Assembly: GCF_008831285.2 (NCBI RefSeq)
Contig: NC_045138.2
Span: 15,686,001-15,750,000 of the forward strand
Origin: Nymphaea colorata
Taxonomy: Eukaryota
Length of the DNA: 64,000 nt
Direction: 5' to 3'
Shown: positions 51,024 through 61,712 of the stretch, one piece after another
Layout: each line of letters begins with the position of its first letter
How positions within the stretch are numbered: position 1 is the stretch's first letter
Notes under the pieces: model-generated
The model's database searches: none
What the model saw: only the letters and a program-made list of their open reading frames with translations
Told to the model about the DNA's origin: nothing
Program-made: the position numbers and the translations under genes

Positions 51024-53291
51024 TTATTCTGGGTCTCTTACAGTGGTACCTACGATTGGGCTCCTTACAGCATGCTTCTCTTGATCATCCACCCAAGTCA
51101 GGAACCCAAAAACTACGGCCTCTTTCATCCGCCCCTTCTTCTCCAACGTGAGAGAAAACGAGGCTTTCTGGTTTCTCCTCTGGAATGCGAGCTTTAATGG
51201 CGACACTGTCACTCTAAAGCCCTTCATTTTTGACAGTTTGGCTGTATAAGTTGTAGGACCATCATCTCCTACATTGGTCACCGTCCTCTGAAACCTCCAC
51301 ACACCAGAGGACTGACCATAATCTAGGTAAGCGACAAAAGATGGGTAGTTCAAATCAAGATTCCCGCCTTTGCATCGATCGTAATCCGAAGAGTTCTTTG
51401 TGATTGCCTGTAACTCTGCCCTCGTGAGATTCAGGGCACATAGGAACTTGACATAGTCTCCGCGGCCTGCATCATAGACCAGGCCAGGGTCCATGGCCTT
51501 GTTTGGATTGATCTCACCTGAGCCCATGGCGATAGGGGAAATAACATCGTCAATGGGCTTCCTGGTATTATCCAAAATGTTAGCAGTTGTCATCATGGCC
51601 GACCGGATTGCGGCCGGACTCCAGTCGGGATGAGCAGACATCAGCAGCGCGGCGAGCCCGGAGGCGTGAGGGCATGACATGGATGTTCCAGACAAGAGGG
51701 TGAAGTTGCTAAAGAACGATTCTCCCTGCAAGGTTGCAGCAGATTTCATAGGAGAATAAGATGCCAATATAAGAGTACCAGGTGCCACAATGTCCGGTTT
51801 CAGGATGGCCGAAGTGCCGAACGATGGCCCCCTAGAGCTGAATTCTGCAATGGTGGGTGCCCGTTTTATGCCGGTAAAAGTTCTGCGGAACGTCAGGCTA
51901 ACAGTTTGATTCTTGCTTGTTTTCACATACTCCCTTATGGCTGCTGAATCTTTGGGATCCAATACAGATGCTGGGCACTCGAAATCTTTTGCTCTTATGA
52001 CAAGCGAGACATTTGTTAGGAGCAATGCGCCTGCCCCTTTTGCATCTGCAACAGTTGACGTCTCGGATACTGATGATTCGTCGGCCCCCTCACATACAAC
52101 AACCTTCTTCGTTACATTCTTTAGATCATCACTTGAACCGCAGGATGCACTATAGTGCAGCGGTAGATTTTTCACCGTCTTCTTACCAATATACAAGGAT
52201 GAGCCGACGAAGGAAGCTCCATTTCCGAGAGTGACAACGCCGGAGAATCTCCGATCTATGGTGGTAGCACCAACTGTGAGTATCCAGGGAGCGCCATTGC
52301 GGAGCGTCCTGGAATCAGGTCCGCTGTTTCCAGCAGCTGCAGAAACAAGGATCCCTTTCTCCATTGCTGCAAACGCACCCAAAGCAACGGCGTCTTCGTA
52401 GATTGGAGTATCTCGCTCAAAGCTCAGGGAGAGCGAGATCACATCCACACCATCTTTAATTGCCTGGTCCATTGCAGCAAGGGTATCAGAAGCAACATGG
52501 CCTTCTGCCCAAAGTGTCTTGTAGACGGCTATGCGAGCGCGCGGGGCTATGCCCCTCGCTGTGCCTGTACCATAGCCAAAGTATGATGCTCCTCCAGCAT
52601 AGTTCCCGGCAGCAGTTGATGCGGTGTGCGTGCCATGGCCGTCGCTGTCCCTTGCAGAGTTCATGGATATCGTGCGATTGGGGTCTTCTGCTAAGAATCC
52701 CTTGTTGAAGAAACGTGCTCCGATGAGCTTCCTGTTGCACATGGAGGCATTGAAAGCTGTACCAGATTCACATTGGCCCTTCCACCTCTTGGGGATCTCC
52801 GGCATCCCATCGTCTCTAAAACTGGAGCTCTCGGGCCAGACGCCGGTGTCGACGATGCCTATTATGATGTCTTCGCCATACTTGGATGCAGGCCAGATCC
52901 CAGAAACAGGGTTCAGGCCCAGATACTTATAGGTATGGGTGGTTTCCTTTGTGCCCGTTATGTCCCGGAAAGCAGACAGGAAACCAGGGGATCTCTTGAG
53001 CAGTTCGAGCTGAGATCTGGAGAGAAGAGCGCTGAAGCCATTGATGGCATGGGTGTAAGTGTAAATGTGGCTTGACTGCTGAGCAGAGGCAGCATCATCT
53101 GCAGTAGCAATGAAGCTCTCAGACGAGAGGAGGGAGGTGTACCAATGGTGGTGGCTGCTGAAGGCCGTCGGCATGGCTGACACGTCCATGTGGACTATGT
53201 AGGACTCCCTCGCTCCGGACACGCTCGTCCATGGTTGGAAAATGAACAAGATCAGGAAAGCAGGAAGCAGCGAAGGAGTAGGGGAAGACAT
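51024..53291 (-). CDS. Subtilisin-like serine protease (SBT-D)
   Basis: 755 aa with an intact triad, nearly identical to SBT-C over much of its length. Confidence 0.95.
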   Translation of the reverse strand: MSSPTPSLLPAFLILFIFQPWTSVSGARESYIVHMDVSAMPTAFSSHHHWYTSLLSSESFIATADDAASAQQSSHIYTYTHAINGFSALLSRSQLELLKRSPGFLSAFRDITGTKETTHTYKYLGLNPVSGIWPASKYGEDIIIGIVDTGVWPESSSFRDDGMPEIPKRWKGQCESGTAFNASMCNRKLIGARFFNKGFLAEDPNRTISMNSARDSDGHGTHTASTAAGNYAGGASYFGYGTGTARGIAPRARIAVYKTLWAEGHVASDTLAAMDQAIKDGVDVISLSLSFERDTPIYEDAVALGAFAAMEKGILVSAAAGNSGPDSRTLRNGAPWILTVGATTIDRRFSGVVTLGNGASFVGSSLYIGKKTVKNLPLHYSASCGSSDDLKNVTKKVVVCEGADESSVSETSTVADAKGAGALLLTNVSLVIRAKDFECPASVLDPKDSAAIREYVKTSKNQTVSLTFRRTFTGIKRAPTIAEFSSRGPSFGTSAILKPDIVAPGTLILASYSPMKSAATLQGESFFSNFTLLSGTSMSCPHASGLAALLMSAHPDWSPAAIRSAMMTTANILDNTRKPIDDVISPIAMGSGEINPNKAMDPGLVYDAGRGDYVKFLCALNLTRAELQAITKNSSDYDRCKGGNLDLNYPSFVAYLDYGQSSGVWRFQRTVTNVGDDGPTTYTAKLSKMKGFRVTVSPLKLAFQRRNQKASFSLTLEKKGRMKEAVVFGFLTWVDDQEKHAVRSPIVGTTVRDPE

Positions 53292-53966
53292 TGGTACTCT
53301 AATGGCGGTCCGCTCTGTACTTCCTCTACTCCTACCTAATTATAGTAGAAAGCCGGAGACGTGAAAATAGTAAAGTCGTAGGAGCAGATGGCTCATCATG
53401 GTCTCTTTACATTATACAGATATTTCGAGTCAATTGGATAACGTAACGCCCCCTATTTTTGACTCAACTTCAGAAGAACGCCACAAAAATCTAGATACAG
53501 TAAAAGCCATTTTCATTTGCAACACTTGTATCTCCACTTTAATCCTGTGGCTTGAGGAGAATCACAAAACATCCTCTTAAACTTCATTAAATTACGTTTA
53601 TTTTCCGCTTTTTACGGGACAGATAAGTTTCTTTTTCAAGATTTGCCTGTCACGATCTTCTGTTAACTCTGCTTCGGCTGCAATGTTCAGTTCAATTAAA
53701 AGTCGTCGACGTGCGAAAATTTTCAAACAACAATGTGGGGCCATTTGGCCCCGGTGACGGAAGACAGCTTACTTATCATCCTTCAGATCAAGAAGATACG
53801 CTGCGCCATCATTTTTATGGGCTGCAAGAGAAAGATCGCGGCGAGCCCTACCCGCTTGGAGGTCCAATGATGGTGATCGTTTAAGAGTGTGATGGTGATC
53901 GTTTAAGAGTGTGATGCTGCTCGTCGTATTGAAGAATGTGATGTGCGTCTTTCTCAAAACCGGTTG

Positions 53967-53967
<1 letters not shown>

Positions 53968-54003
<36 letters not shown>
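53968..54003. repeat. (TA)n microsatellite
   Basis: About 17-18 TA units. Confidence 0.95.
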
Positions 54004-54005
<2 letters not shown>

Positions 54006-54413
54006 TCGAACAAGATGTTTGAAACCTCCATGAAGCCATACACCTGACACCAAAAACCAAAGAAGAGAAACAAAAATCCAACTCACCGATGGGAATTTGC
54101 CGATGGTGTATTACATATACAATAAGTTGTTTATATCCAGCGGCTTTTCTTGAAAGTTTACATCATTTTCAACCAGCGAGAGGTCTCTTTACAGTGAGCA
54201 CTGGGTCAGGGACTCATCGGGCTTACGAGCCATTAGCTCGAGCCGTGAAAATGGGCTTTGGCTGGTTTTGGATTCGGGTTGAACCTGGCCCAACTCTCGA
54301 TTATTATTAATTTGAAATACGTATATATTAAAAAGGCCACAACTCAAAGAGAACAGAGAATAGATTCTTTAAAAAAATTTACCAAGGGCGATTATTTGAA
54401 GTTTTTCTCAAAG

Positions 54414-54732
54414 CAGGGTTGTGCACGAGTGAGCCGAGTGGAGCTCAAGCTTGATCAGCTTGACTTGACTTCACTTGACTATGCTCCGATCGGGCTCGAG
54501 TCAAGCTATACGAGGTCAGCTCGAGCTCGTTTGAGCTTGTTTAACAACTTCCCTTATTTTTAAGTTTAGAAATGGCAAAATAAAAAAAAAAACCTAGATT
54601 AAATGAGCTTATATCTTGAGTTAAAACTACTCGAGTTCAAACTGGAGTACTTGTCTACACTTGAGTTTTTCGTAAACCTTGAGTCTAAACAGGGTTTGAG
54701 TGGAGTTGAAATTGGTTTGTTGTACAACCCTA
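54414..54732. mobile_element. Putative hAT-like MITE
   Basis: Termini CAGGGTTGTGCA ... TGTACAACCCTA are inverted (10/12 match). The interior is rich in GAGCTC/CTCGAG/AAGCTT subterminal repeats around an AT-rich core. No convincing TSD. A similar fragment lies at ~42560-42670. Confidence 0.55.
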
Positions 54733-55067
54733 CTTAAAAATGTTATATTATCTTTTAAAAGTTGACCAATGACCATCTACTTTTTAAAATAATTCACAAG
54801 TACAATGAAAAATACTAACATATATTTAAAGTGATTGTTTCATTTTAATGAACAGAAGTCCCTTTAACTGGATGAACCTGCTTGAGATATTGGACATTTG
54901 ATTTTCCCCAAAAAAAGAAAAAAAGAAAAATGAGATGAACCAGCTTGAGGATGCTGTAACTGCATGGCAAGAGCTTATTAATCTCAAAAATGGCTTCCTT
55001 GACAATTTATTCATGTAGGAGTACCTCGTGGATACCTCTGTTCTTGAACAAATTATGAGCAGAAATC

Positions 55068-57334
55068 TTATTCTGTCTCTCTTATAGTGGTAGCCACGAC
55101 TGGGCTCCTTACAGTATGCTTTTCTTGGTCATCCACCCATGTCAGGAACCCAAAAACTATGGGGTCTTTCATGGGCCGCTTCACTTTCAATGTGAGAGAA
55201 AACAAGGCTTTCTGGTTTTTCCTCTGGAATGTGAGCTTTAATGGAGTCACTGTCACGCTAAAGCCCTTCATTTTTGTGAGCTTGGCAGTGTAAGTCGTAG
55301 GACCATCATCTCCTACATTTGTCACCGTCCTCTGAAACCTCCACACACCAGAGGACTGTTCTGAATCTAGGAAACTGATGAAAGACGGGTAGTTCAAATC
55401 AAGATTCCCCCCTTTGCATCGATCGTAGTCGGAAGAGTTTCTTGCAATTGCCTGGAACTCTGCTCTCGTAAGATTCAGGGCACAGAGGAACTTGACATAG
55501 TCTCCTCGACCAGCATCATAGACCAGGCCAGGGTCCATGGCCTTGTTTGGATTGATCTCACCTGATCCTATGGCGATAGGAGATGCACCATCGTAAATGG
55601 GCTTCCCAGTATTATCCAAAATGTTAGCAGTCGTCATCATGGCCGACCAGATTGCGGCCGGACTCCAGTCCGGATGAGCAGACTTCAGCAGCGCTGCGAG
55701 CCCGGCGGCGTGAGGGCATGCCATTGATGTTCCAGACAAGAGGGTGAAGTTGCTAAAGAATGACTTTCCCTGCAAGGTTGCAGCAGATACATTAGGAGAA
55801 TAAGCTGCCAATATAAGAGTACCAGGTGCCACAACGTCTGGTTTCAGTATGGATGAAGTGCCGAATGATGGACCCTTTGAGCTGAATTCTGCATAGGTAG
55901 GCGCCGGTTTTATGCCGGTAAAAGTCCTGCGGAATGTCAGGCTAACAGTTGGATTCTTGCTGGTTTTCACATACTTCCTTATGGCTGCTGAATCTTTGGG
56001 ATTCAATACAGATGCTGGGCACTCGAAATTTGTTGCTCTTATGACAAGCGAGACGTTTGTTAGGAGCAATGCGCCTGCGCCCTTTGCATCTGCAACAGTT
56101 GAGGTCTCGGATACTGATGATTCATCGGCCCCCTCACATACAACAACCTTCTTCGTTACATTCTTTAGATCATCACTTGAACCGCAGGATGCACTATAGT
56201 GCAGCGGTAGATTTTTCACCGTCTTCTTACCAATATACAAGGATGAGCCGACGAAGGAAGCTCCATTTCCGAGAGTGACAACGCCGGAGAATTGGCGATC
56301 TATGGTGGTAGCACCAACTGTGAGGATCCAGGGAGATCCATTGCGGAGGGTCCTGGACTCAGGTCCCCTGTTTCCTGCAGCTGCAGAGACAAGGATCCCT
56401 TTCTCCATTGCTGCAAACGCACCAACCGCAATGGGGTCTTCGTAGAGAGGAGTAGTTCGCCGAAAGCTCATGGAGAGTGAGATCACATCCACACCATCTG
56501 CAATTGCCTTTCCATGGCAGCAAGGGTATCAGAAGCAACCAGTCCTTCTTCCCAAATGACCTTGTAGATAGCTAGCCGAGCGCGCGGGGCTACGCCCCTC
56601 GCAGTGCCCGCACCATAGCCAAAATATGAAGCTCCTCCAGCGTAGTTTCCAGCAGCAGTTGATGCGGTGTGCGTGCCATGGCCGTCGGTGTCCCTTGCAG
56701 AATTCATGGATATCGTGCGATTGGGGTCCTCTGCTAAGAGTCCCTTGTTGAAGAAACGTGCTCCAATGAGCTTCCTGTTGCATATGGAGTCATTGAAAGC
56801 TGTACCAGATTCACATTGGCCCTTCCACCTCTTGGGGATCTCTGGCATCCCATCGTCTCTAAAACTCGAGCTCTCGGGCCAGACGCCGGTGTCGACGATG
56901 CCTATTATGATGTCTTTGCCATACTTGGATGCAGGCCAGATCCAAGAAGCGGGGTTCAGGCCCAGATACTTGTAGGTATGGGTGGTTTCCTTTGTGCCTG
57001 ATATGTCCCGGAAAGCGGACAGGAAACCAGGGGATCTCTTGAGCAGTTCGAGCTGAGATCTGGAGAGAAGAGCGCTGAAGCCATTGATGGCATGGGTGTA
57101 AGTGTAGATGTGGCTTGACTGCTGAGCAGAGGCAGCATCATCTGCAGCAGCAATGAAGCTCTCAGACGAGAGGAGGGAGGTGTACCAATGGTGGTGGCTG
57201 CTGAAGGCCGTCGGCATGACTGACACGTCCATGTGGACTATGTAGGACTCCCTCGCTCCCGACACGCTCGTCCATGGTTGGAAAATGAACAAGATTAGGA
57301 AAGCAGAAAGCAGCGAAGGAGTAGGGGAAGACAT
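55068..57334 (-). pseudogene. Frameshifted subtilase (SBT-E)
   Basis: Two overlapping ORFs (56483-57334 and 55068-56492) are the halves of one subtilase. ATGGACCAGGCA in the paralogs reads ATGGAAAGGCA here (net -1 at ~56510). There are further substitutions at conserved sites (SSKGP, AAIWSA, PASWIW). Confidence 0.85.
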
Positions 57335-59133
57335 TGGTACTCTAATGGCTGTCCGCTCTGTACTTCCTCTACTCCCACCTAATTATAGTAGAAAGCCGGA
57401 GACCTGAAAATAGTAAAGTCGTAGGAGCAGATGGCTCATCATGGTCTCTTTACATTATACAGATATTTCGAGTCAATTGGATAACGTAACGCCCCCTGTT
57501 TTTGTCTCAACTTCAGAAGAAGGCCACAAAAATCGAGATACAGTAAAAGCCATTTTCTTTAACAACACTTCCACCTCCACTTTATTGTTGTGGCTTGAGA
57601 TGAATCACAAAACATCCTCTTAAACTTCATTTTCATAGAGAAAAATTACGTTCACTTTTCACCAGACAGATTGAGTTTCTTTGTCAAGATTTGCCTTTCA
57701 CGATCTTCTGTGTTAACTCTGCTTCGGCTGTATTGTTCAGTTCAATTAAAAGTCGTCGTGCAAAATTTTTCGAACATTGTGGGGCCATTTGAGCCCGGTG
57801 AGGGAAGACAGCTTATCATCCTTCAGAACAAGAAAGTACGCTGAGCCATCATTTTTATGGGCTGCAAGAGAAAGATTGCAGTGAGCTCCACATACACTTT
57901 TCTCAAAACTAGTTGCTGCCGACAACACCCTCAACGCCCCACACATACTTAAAGTACTTGTCTGGATCTATATGTACCCTTAATAAACACTTATTCATTC
58001 GCCGTTTTCATCGAAGGGAGTGCTGTGACATTATTTAAAGTGATTATTTTACTTAAAATATATCAACATATATTTTATCCCGAACTTAGGGATACAACAC
58101 TCATTGATTGTTTCAAATATCAAATGATCTTGGGGTTGTTGGCAACAGTAATTGGATGTTTATGTTCTAACGAAAAGTATCAGTATTAAAAACTGAGATA
58201 CATTCATGATACATTTTTTAAATTGTCTCATGGTTCATGGTTCTACCTTAATTTTTTTGGCTACATACATGAAACAGTAACATGGTGTTACTCTTCCCAA
58301 ACAGCTCCTAAGAGACTGTTTGATAACAAAAGCGGTAACAAATTATTTCATGCATCTACCAAAAAATTAATATAAATTCATCAAACACTATATTATAATA
58401 TGCCTATATTATAATATGCCATAAATCTACTGCAATCCTTAGAGTAGATTTATCCAACGTTTTGTGATTGTTCCAATTTACAAACGACTCCTGAACGACT
58501 CATTAAAATTTCCTCTAAACTTGCCTTCCTCCTTCTAAACGAACATAAGTGTCAAACAAAGATATTATACTTGATGCCAATATGTACAGATACTAATGCA
58601 CAGTAACCAAATTTTCTATTATTCATAAAATCTTAAAGCGTTCAAATGGATAGCAAAATAATTGAGGGACAATAATCAAACTATGAGGGTCCAGGAGCCC
58701 ACATGAGTCCACGTGACGATATTGGTTTTCACTTTATATATTTTTCAAAGAATTAAGTTTATGTTAAATTGTTTTTCATTTAGAAAATTGAAAAGTATGC
58801 CGACCGGATCGGCTTTCACCATAATGCTCAAAATTGGTAGACTTCGTTTTTGGTTAGGTATTGCTTATCATATCTAATTCAATCGGATCTGCTTTCACCA
58901 TAATGCTCAAAATTGATCTTATATTTGTAACTTTCTTAATACCAAGTTGATTTTTTTGTTCTATCAAACGCTTACTCAAAATATCTCCCAACAAAACTAG
59001 GAGACTTCATTTTCCAAAAAGACATTGAGATGAACCTGCTTGAGTATGCTGTCACCGGATGGCAAGAACTTGATTAATCTCAGAAATAGCTTCCTTGACA
59101 GTTTATTCTTGGTAGAAACTATAAGGAGAACTC

Positions 59134-61416
59134 TTAATCTTCTGTCTCTCTTACAGTGGTAGCCACGATTGGGCTCCTTACAGTATGCTTTCCTTGGTCA
59201 TCCACCCAAGTCAAGAACCCAAAAACTATGGGGTCTTTCATCGGCCGCTTCACTTCCAATGTGAGAGAAAACGAGGCTTTCTGGTTTTTCCTCTGGAATG
59301 TGAGCTTTAATGGAGTCACTGTCACGCTAAAGCCCTTCATTGTTGTGAGTTTGGCAGTGTAAGTCGTAGGACCATCTTCTCCTACATTTGTCACCGTCCT
59401 CTGAAACATCCACACACCAGAAGACTGCTCTGAATCTAGGTAACTGATGAAAGACGGGTAGTTCAAATCAAGATTCCCGCCTTCGCATCGATCGTAGTCG
59501 GAAGAGTTTCTTGCAATTGCCTGGAACTCTGCTCTCGTAAGATTCAGGGCACAGAGGAACTTGACATAGTCTCCGCGACCAGCATCGTAGACCAGACCTG
59601 GGTCCATGGCCTTGTTTGGATTGATCTCACCTGAACCCACCGCCAGAGGAGATGCACCACCGTCAATGGGTTGCCCGGTGTTATCCAAAATGTTAGCAGT
59701 TGTCATCATTGCCGACCGGATTGTGGCCGGACTCCAGTCCGGGTGAGCAGACTTCAGCAGCGCAGCGAGCCCGGAGGCGTGGGGGCATGACATGGATGTT
59801 CCAGACAGGAGGGTGAAGTTACTAAAGAATGATTTTTGCCGCAAGGTTGTAGCAGATGCAGTAGGAGAATAAGCTGCCAATATAAGAGTACCAGGTGCCA
59901 CAATGTCTGGTTTCAGTATGGCTGAAGTGCCGAATGATGGTCCCCTTGAGCTAAATTCTGCAATGGTGGGTGCCGGCTTTATGCCGGTAAAAGTCCTGCG
60001 GAACGTCAAGCTAACAGTTGGGTTCTTGCTGGTTTTCACATACTTCCTTATGGCTGCTGAATCTTTGGGATCCAATACAGATGCTGGGCATTCAAAATTT
60101 GTTGCTCTTATCACAAGCGAGTTATTTGTTAAGAGCAATGCACCTGCGCCCTTTGCATCTGCAACAACGAAGGTCTCAAATACTGATGATTGGCCGGTCG
60201 CTTCACATACAACCACCTTCTTTTTCACTAGATCTTTTAGCTCAGCAGGTGAACTGCAGCTTGCAACGGATTCATTATAGTACAGCGGCAGATTTTTCAC
60301 CGATCTGTTACCGATATACAAGGATGAGCCGACGAAGGAAGCTCCATTTCCGAGAGTGACGACGCCGGAAAATCTGCGATCTATGGCGGTAGCACCAACT
60401 GTCAGTATCCAGGGAGCGCCATTGCGGATGGACCTGGATTCAGGTCCCCTGTTTCCAGCAGACGTAGACACAAAAATGCCTTTCTCCATCGCCGCAAATG
60501 CACCTACGGCGATGGGGTTTTCGTAGAGGGGAGTAGTTCGTCGATAGCTCATGGAGAGTGAGATCACATCGACACCATCTGCAATTGCCTGGTCCATTGC
60601 AGCAAGAGTATCAGAAGCAACGATACCTTCATTCCAAATGACCTTGTACATAGCTAGCCGAGCGCGCGGGGCTACGCCTCTCGCAGTGCCTGCACCATAG
60701 CCAAAGTATGAAGCTCCTCCAGCATAGTTTCCGGCAGCAGTTGATGAGGTGTGCGTGCCATGGCCGTCGGTGTCCCTTGCAGAATTCATGGATATTGTGA
60801 GATTGGGGTCCTGTGCCAAGAGTCCCCTGTTGAAGAAACGCGCTCCAATGAGCTTCCTGTTGCACATGGAGGCATTGAAGGCCGTACCAGCTTCACATTG
60901 GCCCTTCCACCTCTTGGGGATCTCCTGCATCCCATCGTCTCTGAAACTCGAGCTCTCCGGCCACACGCCGGTGTCAACGACGCCTATGATGATGTCTTCC
61001 CCATACTTGGACGCAGGCCATATCCCAGAGACAGGACTCAGGCCTAGATACTCGTAGGTATAAGTGGTGTCCTTTGTGCCTGATATGTCCCCGTAAGCAG
61101 CCACGAAACCAGGGGATCGCTTGAGCAGTTCCAGCTGAGTTCTGGAGAGAACAGCACTGAAGCCATTGATGGCATGGCTGTAAGTGTAGATGTGGCTTGA
61201 CTGCTGAGAAGGGGCAGCATCATCGGCAGCAGCAATGAAGCTCTCAGATGAGAGGATGGAAGTGTACCAATGGTGGTGGCTGCTGAAGGCCCTCGGCATG
61301 GCTGCAACGTCCATGTGGACTATGTACGCATCCCTCTTTCCCGATGCGCTCGTCCATAGTTGGAAAATGAACAGGGTCAGGAAAGCAGAGAGCAGCGGTG
61401 TACTAGAGAGAGACAT
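59134..61416 (-). CDS. Subtilisin-like serine protease (SBT-F)
   Basis: 760 aa with signal peptide, I9 prodomain and an intact triad (IGVVDTG, HGTHT, SGTSMSCPH). Confidence 0.95.
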   Translation of the reverse strand: MSLSSTPLLSAFLTLFIFQLWTSASGKRDAYIVHMDVAAMPRAFSSHHHWYTSILSSESFIAAADDAAPSQQSSHIYTYSHAINGFSAVLSRTQLELLKRSPGFVAAYGDISGTKDTTYTYEYLGLSPVSGIWPASKYGEDIIIGVVDTGVWPESSSFRDDGMQEIPKRWKGQCEAGTAFNASMCNRKLIGARFFNRGLLAQDPNLTISMNSARDTDGHGTHTSSTAAGNYAGGASYFGYGAGTARGVAPRARLAMYKVIWNEGIVASDTLAAMDQAIADGVDVISLSMSYRRTTPLYENPIAVGAFAAMEKGIFVSTSAGNRGPESRSIRNGAPWILTVGATAIDRRFSGVVTLGNGASFVGSSLYIGNRSVKNLPLYYNESVASCSSPAELKDLVKKKVVVCEATGQSSVFETFVVADAKGAGALLLTNNSLVIRATNFECPASVLDPKDSAAIRKYVKTSKNPTVSLTFRRTFTGIKPAPTIAEFSSRGPSFGTSAILKPDIVAPGTLILAAYSPTASATTLRQKSFFSNFTLLSGTSMSCPHASGLAALLKSAHPDWSPATIRSAMMTTANILDNTGQPIDGGASPLAVGSGEINPNKAMDPGLVYDAGRGDYVKFLCALNLTRAEFQAIARNSSDYDRCEGGNLDLNYPSFISYLDSEQSSGVWMFQRTVTNVGEDGPTTYTAKLTTMKGFSVTVTPLKLTFQRKNQKASFSLTLEVKRPMKDPIVFGFLTWVDDQGKHTVRSPIVATTVRETED

Positions 61417-61575
61417 TGGTACCTGTTAATGGTGGTGCACACTGCACTCTGCAGTTCCTGTGCCTCTGGCCTATAGAAACAGATAACGGAGAGAGAGATG
61501 ACAACGGTAAAGTTGTTGGAATCCATGGCTTCCGTCATTCTACCTGACATCATCATCATCTCTTTACGGGGAGAG

Positions 61576-61712
61576 AGATCCAGTCGATTGGATGCAGTAA
61601 AGGCCCGTTTCTTTACTCTTCACTAACGATAGAAGAAAACAGATCCAGTCGATTGGATGCAGTAAAGGCCCTTCTTTTTTTTACTCTTCACTAATGACAG
61701 AGAAGAAAACAG
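61576..61712. repeat. ~65-bp tandem duplication in the SBT-F promoter
   Basis: AGATCCAGTCGATTGGATGCAGTAAAGGCCC...TTTACTCTTCACTAA..AGAAGAAAAC occurs twice. Confidence 0.9.

Noticed and set aside
46997..61057. Recurring plus-strand ORFs (e.g. MCVPWPSVSLAEF...) in several subtilase copies
   Set aside because: They recur only because the sense genes are near-identical duplicates; they are antisense shadows.
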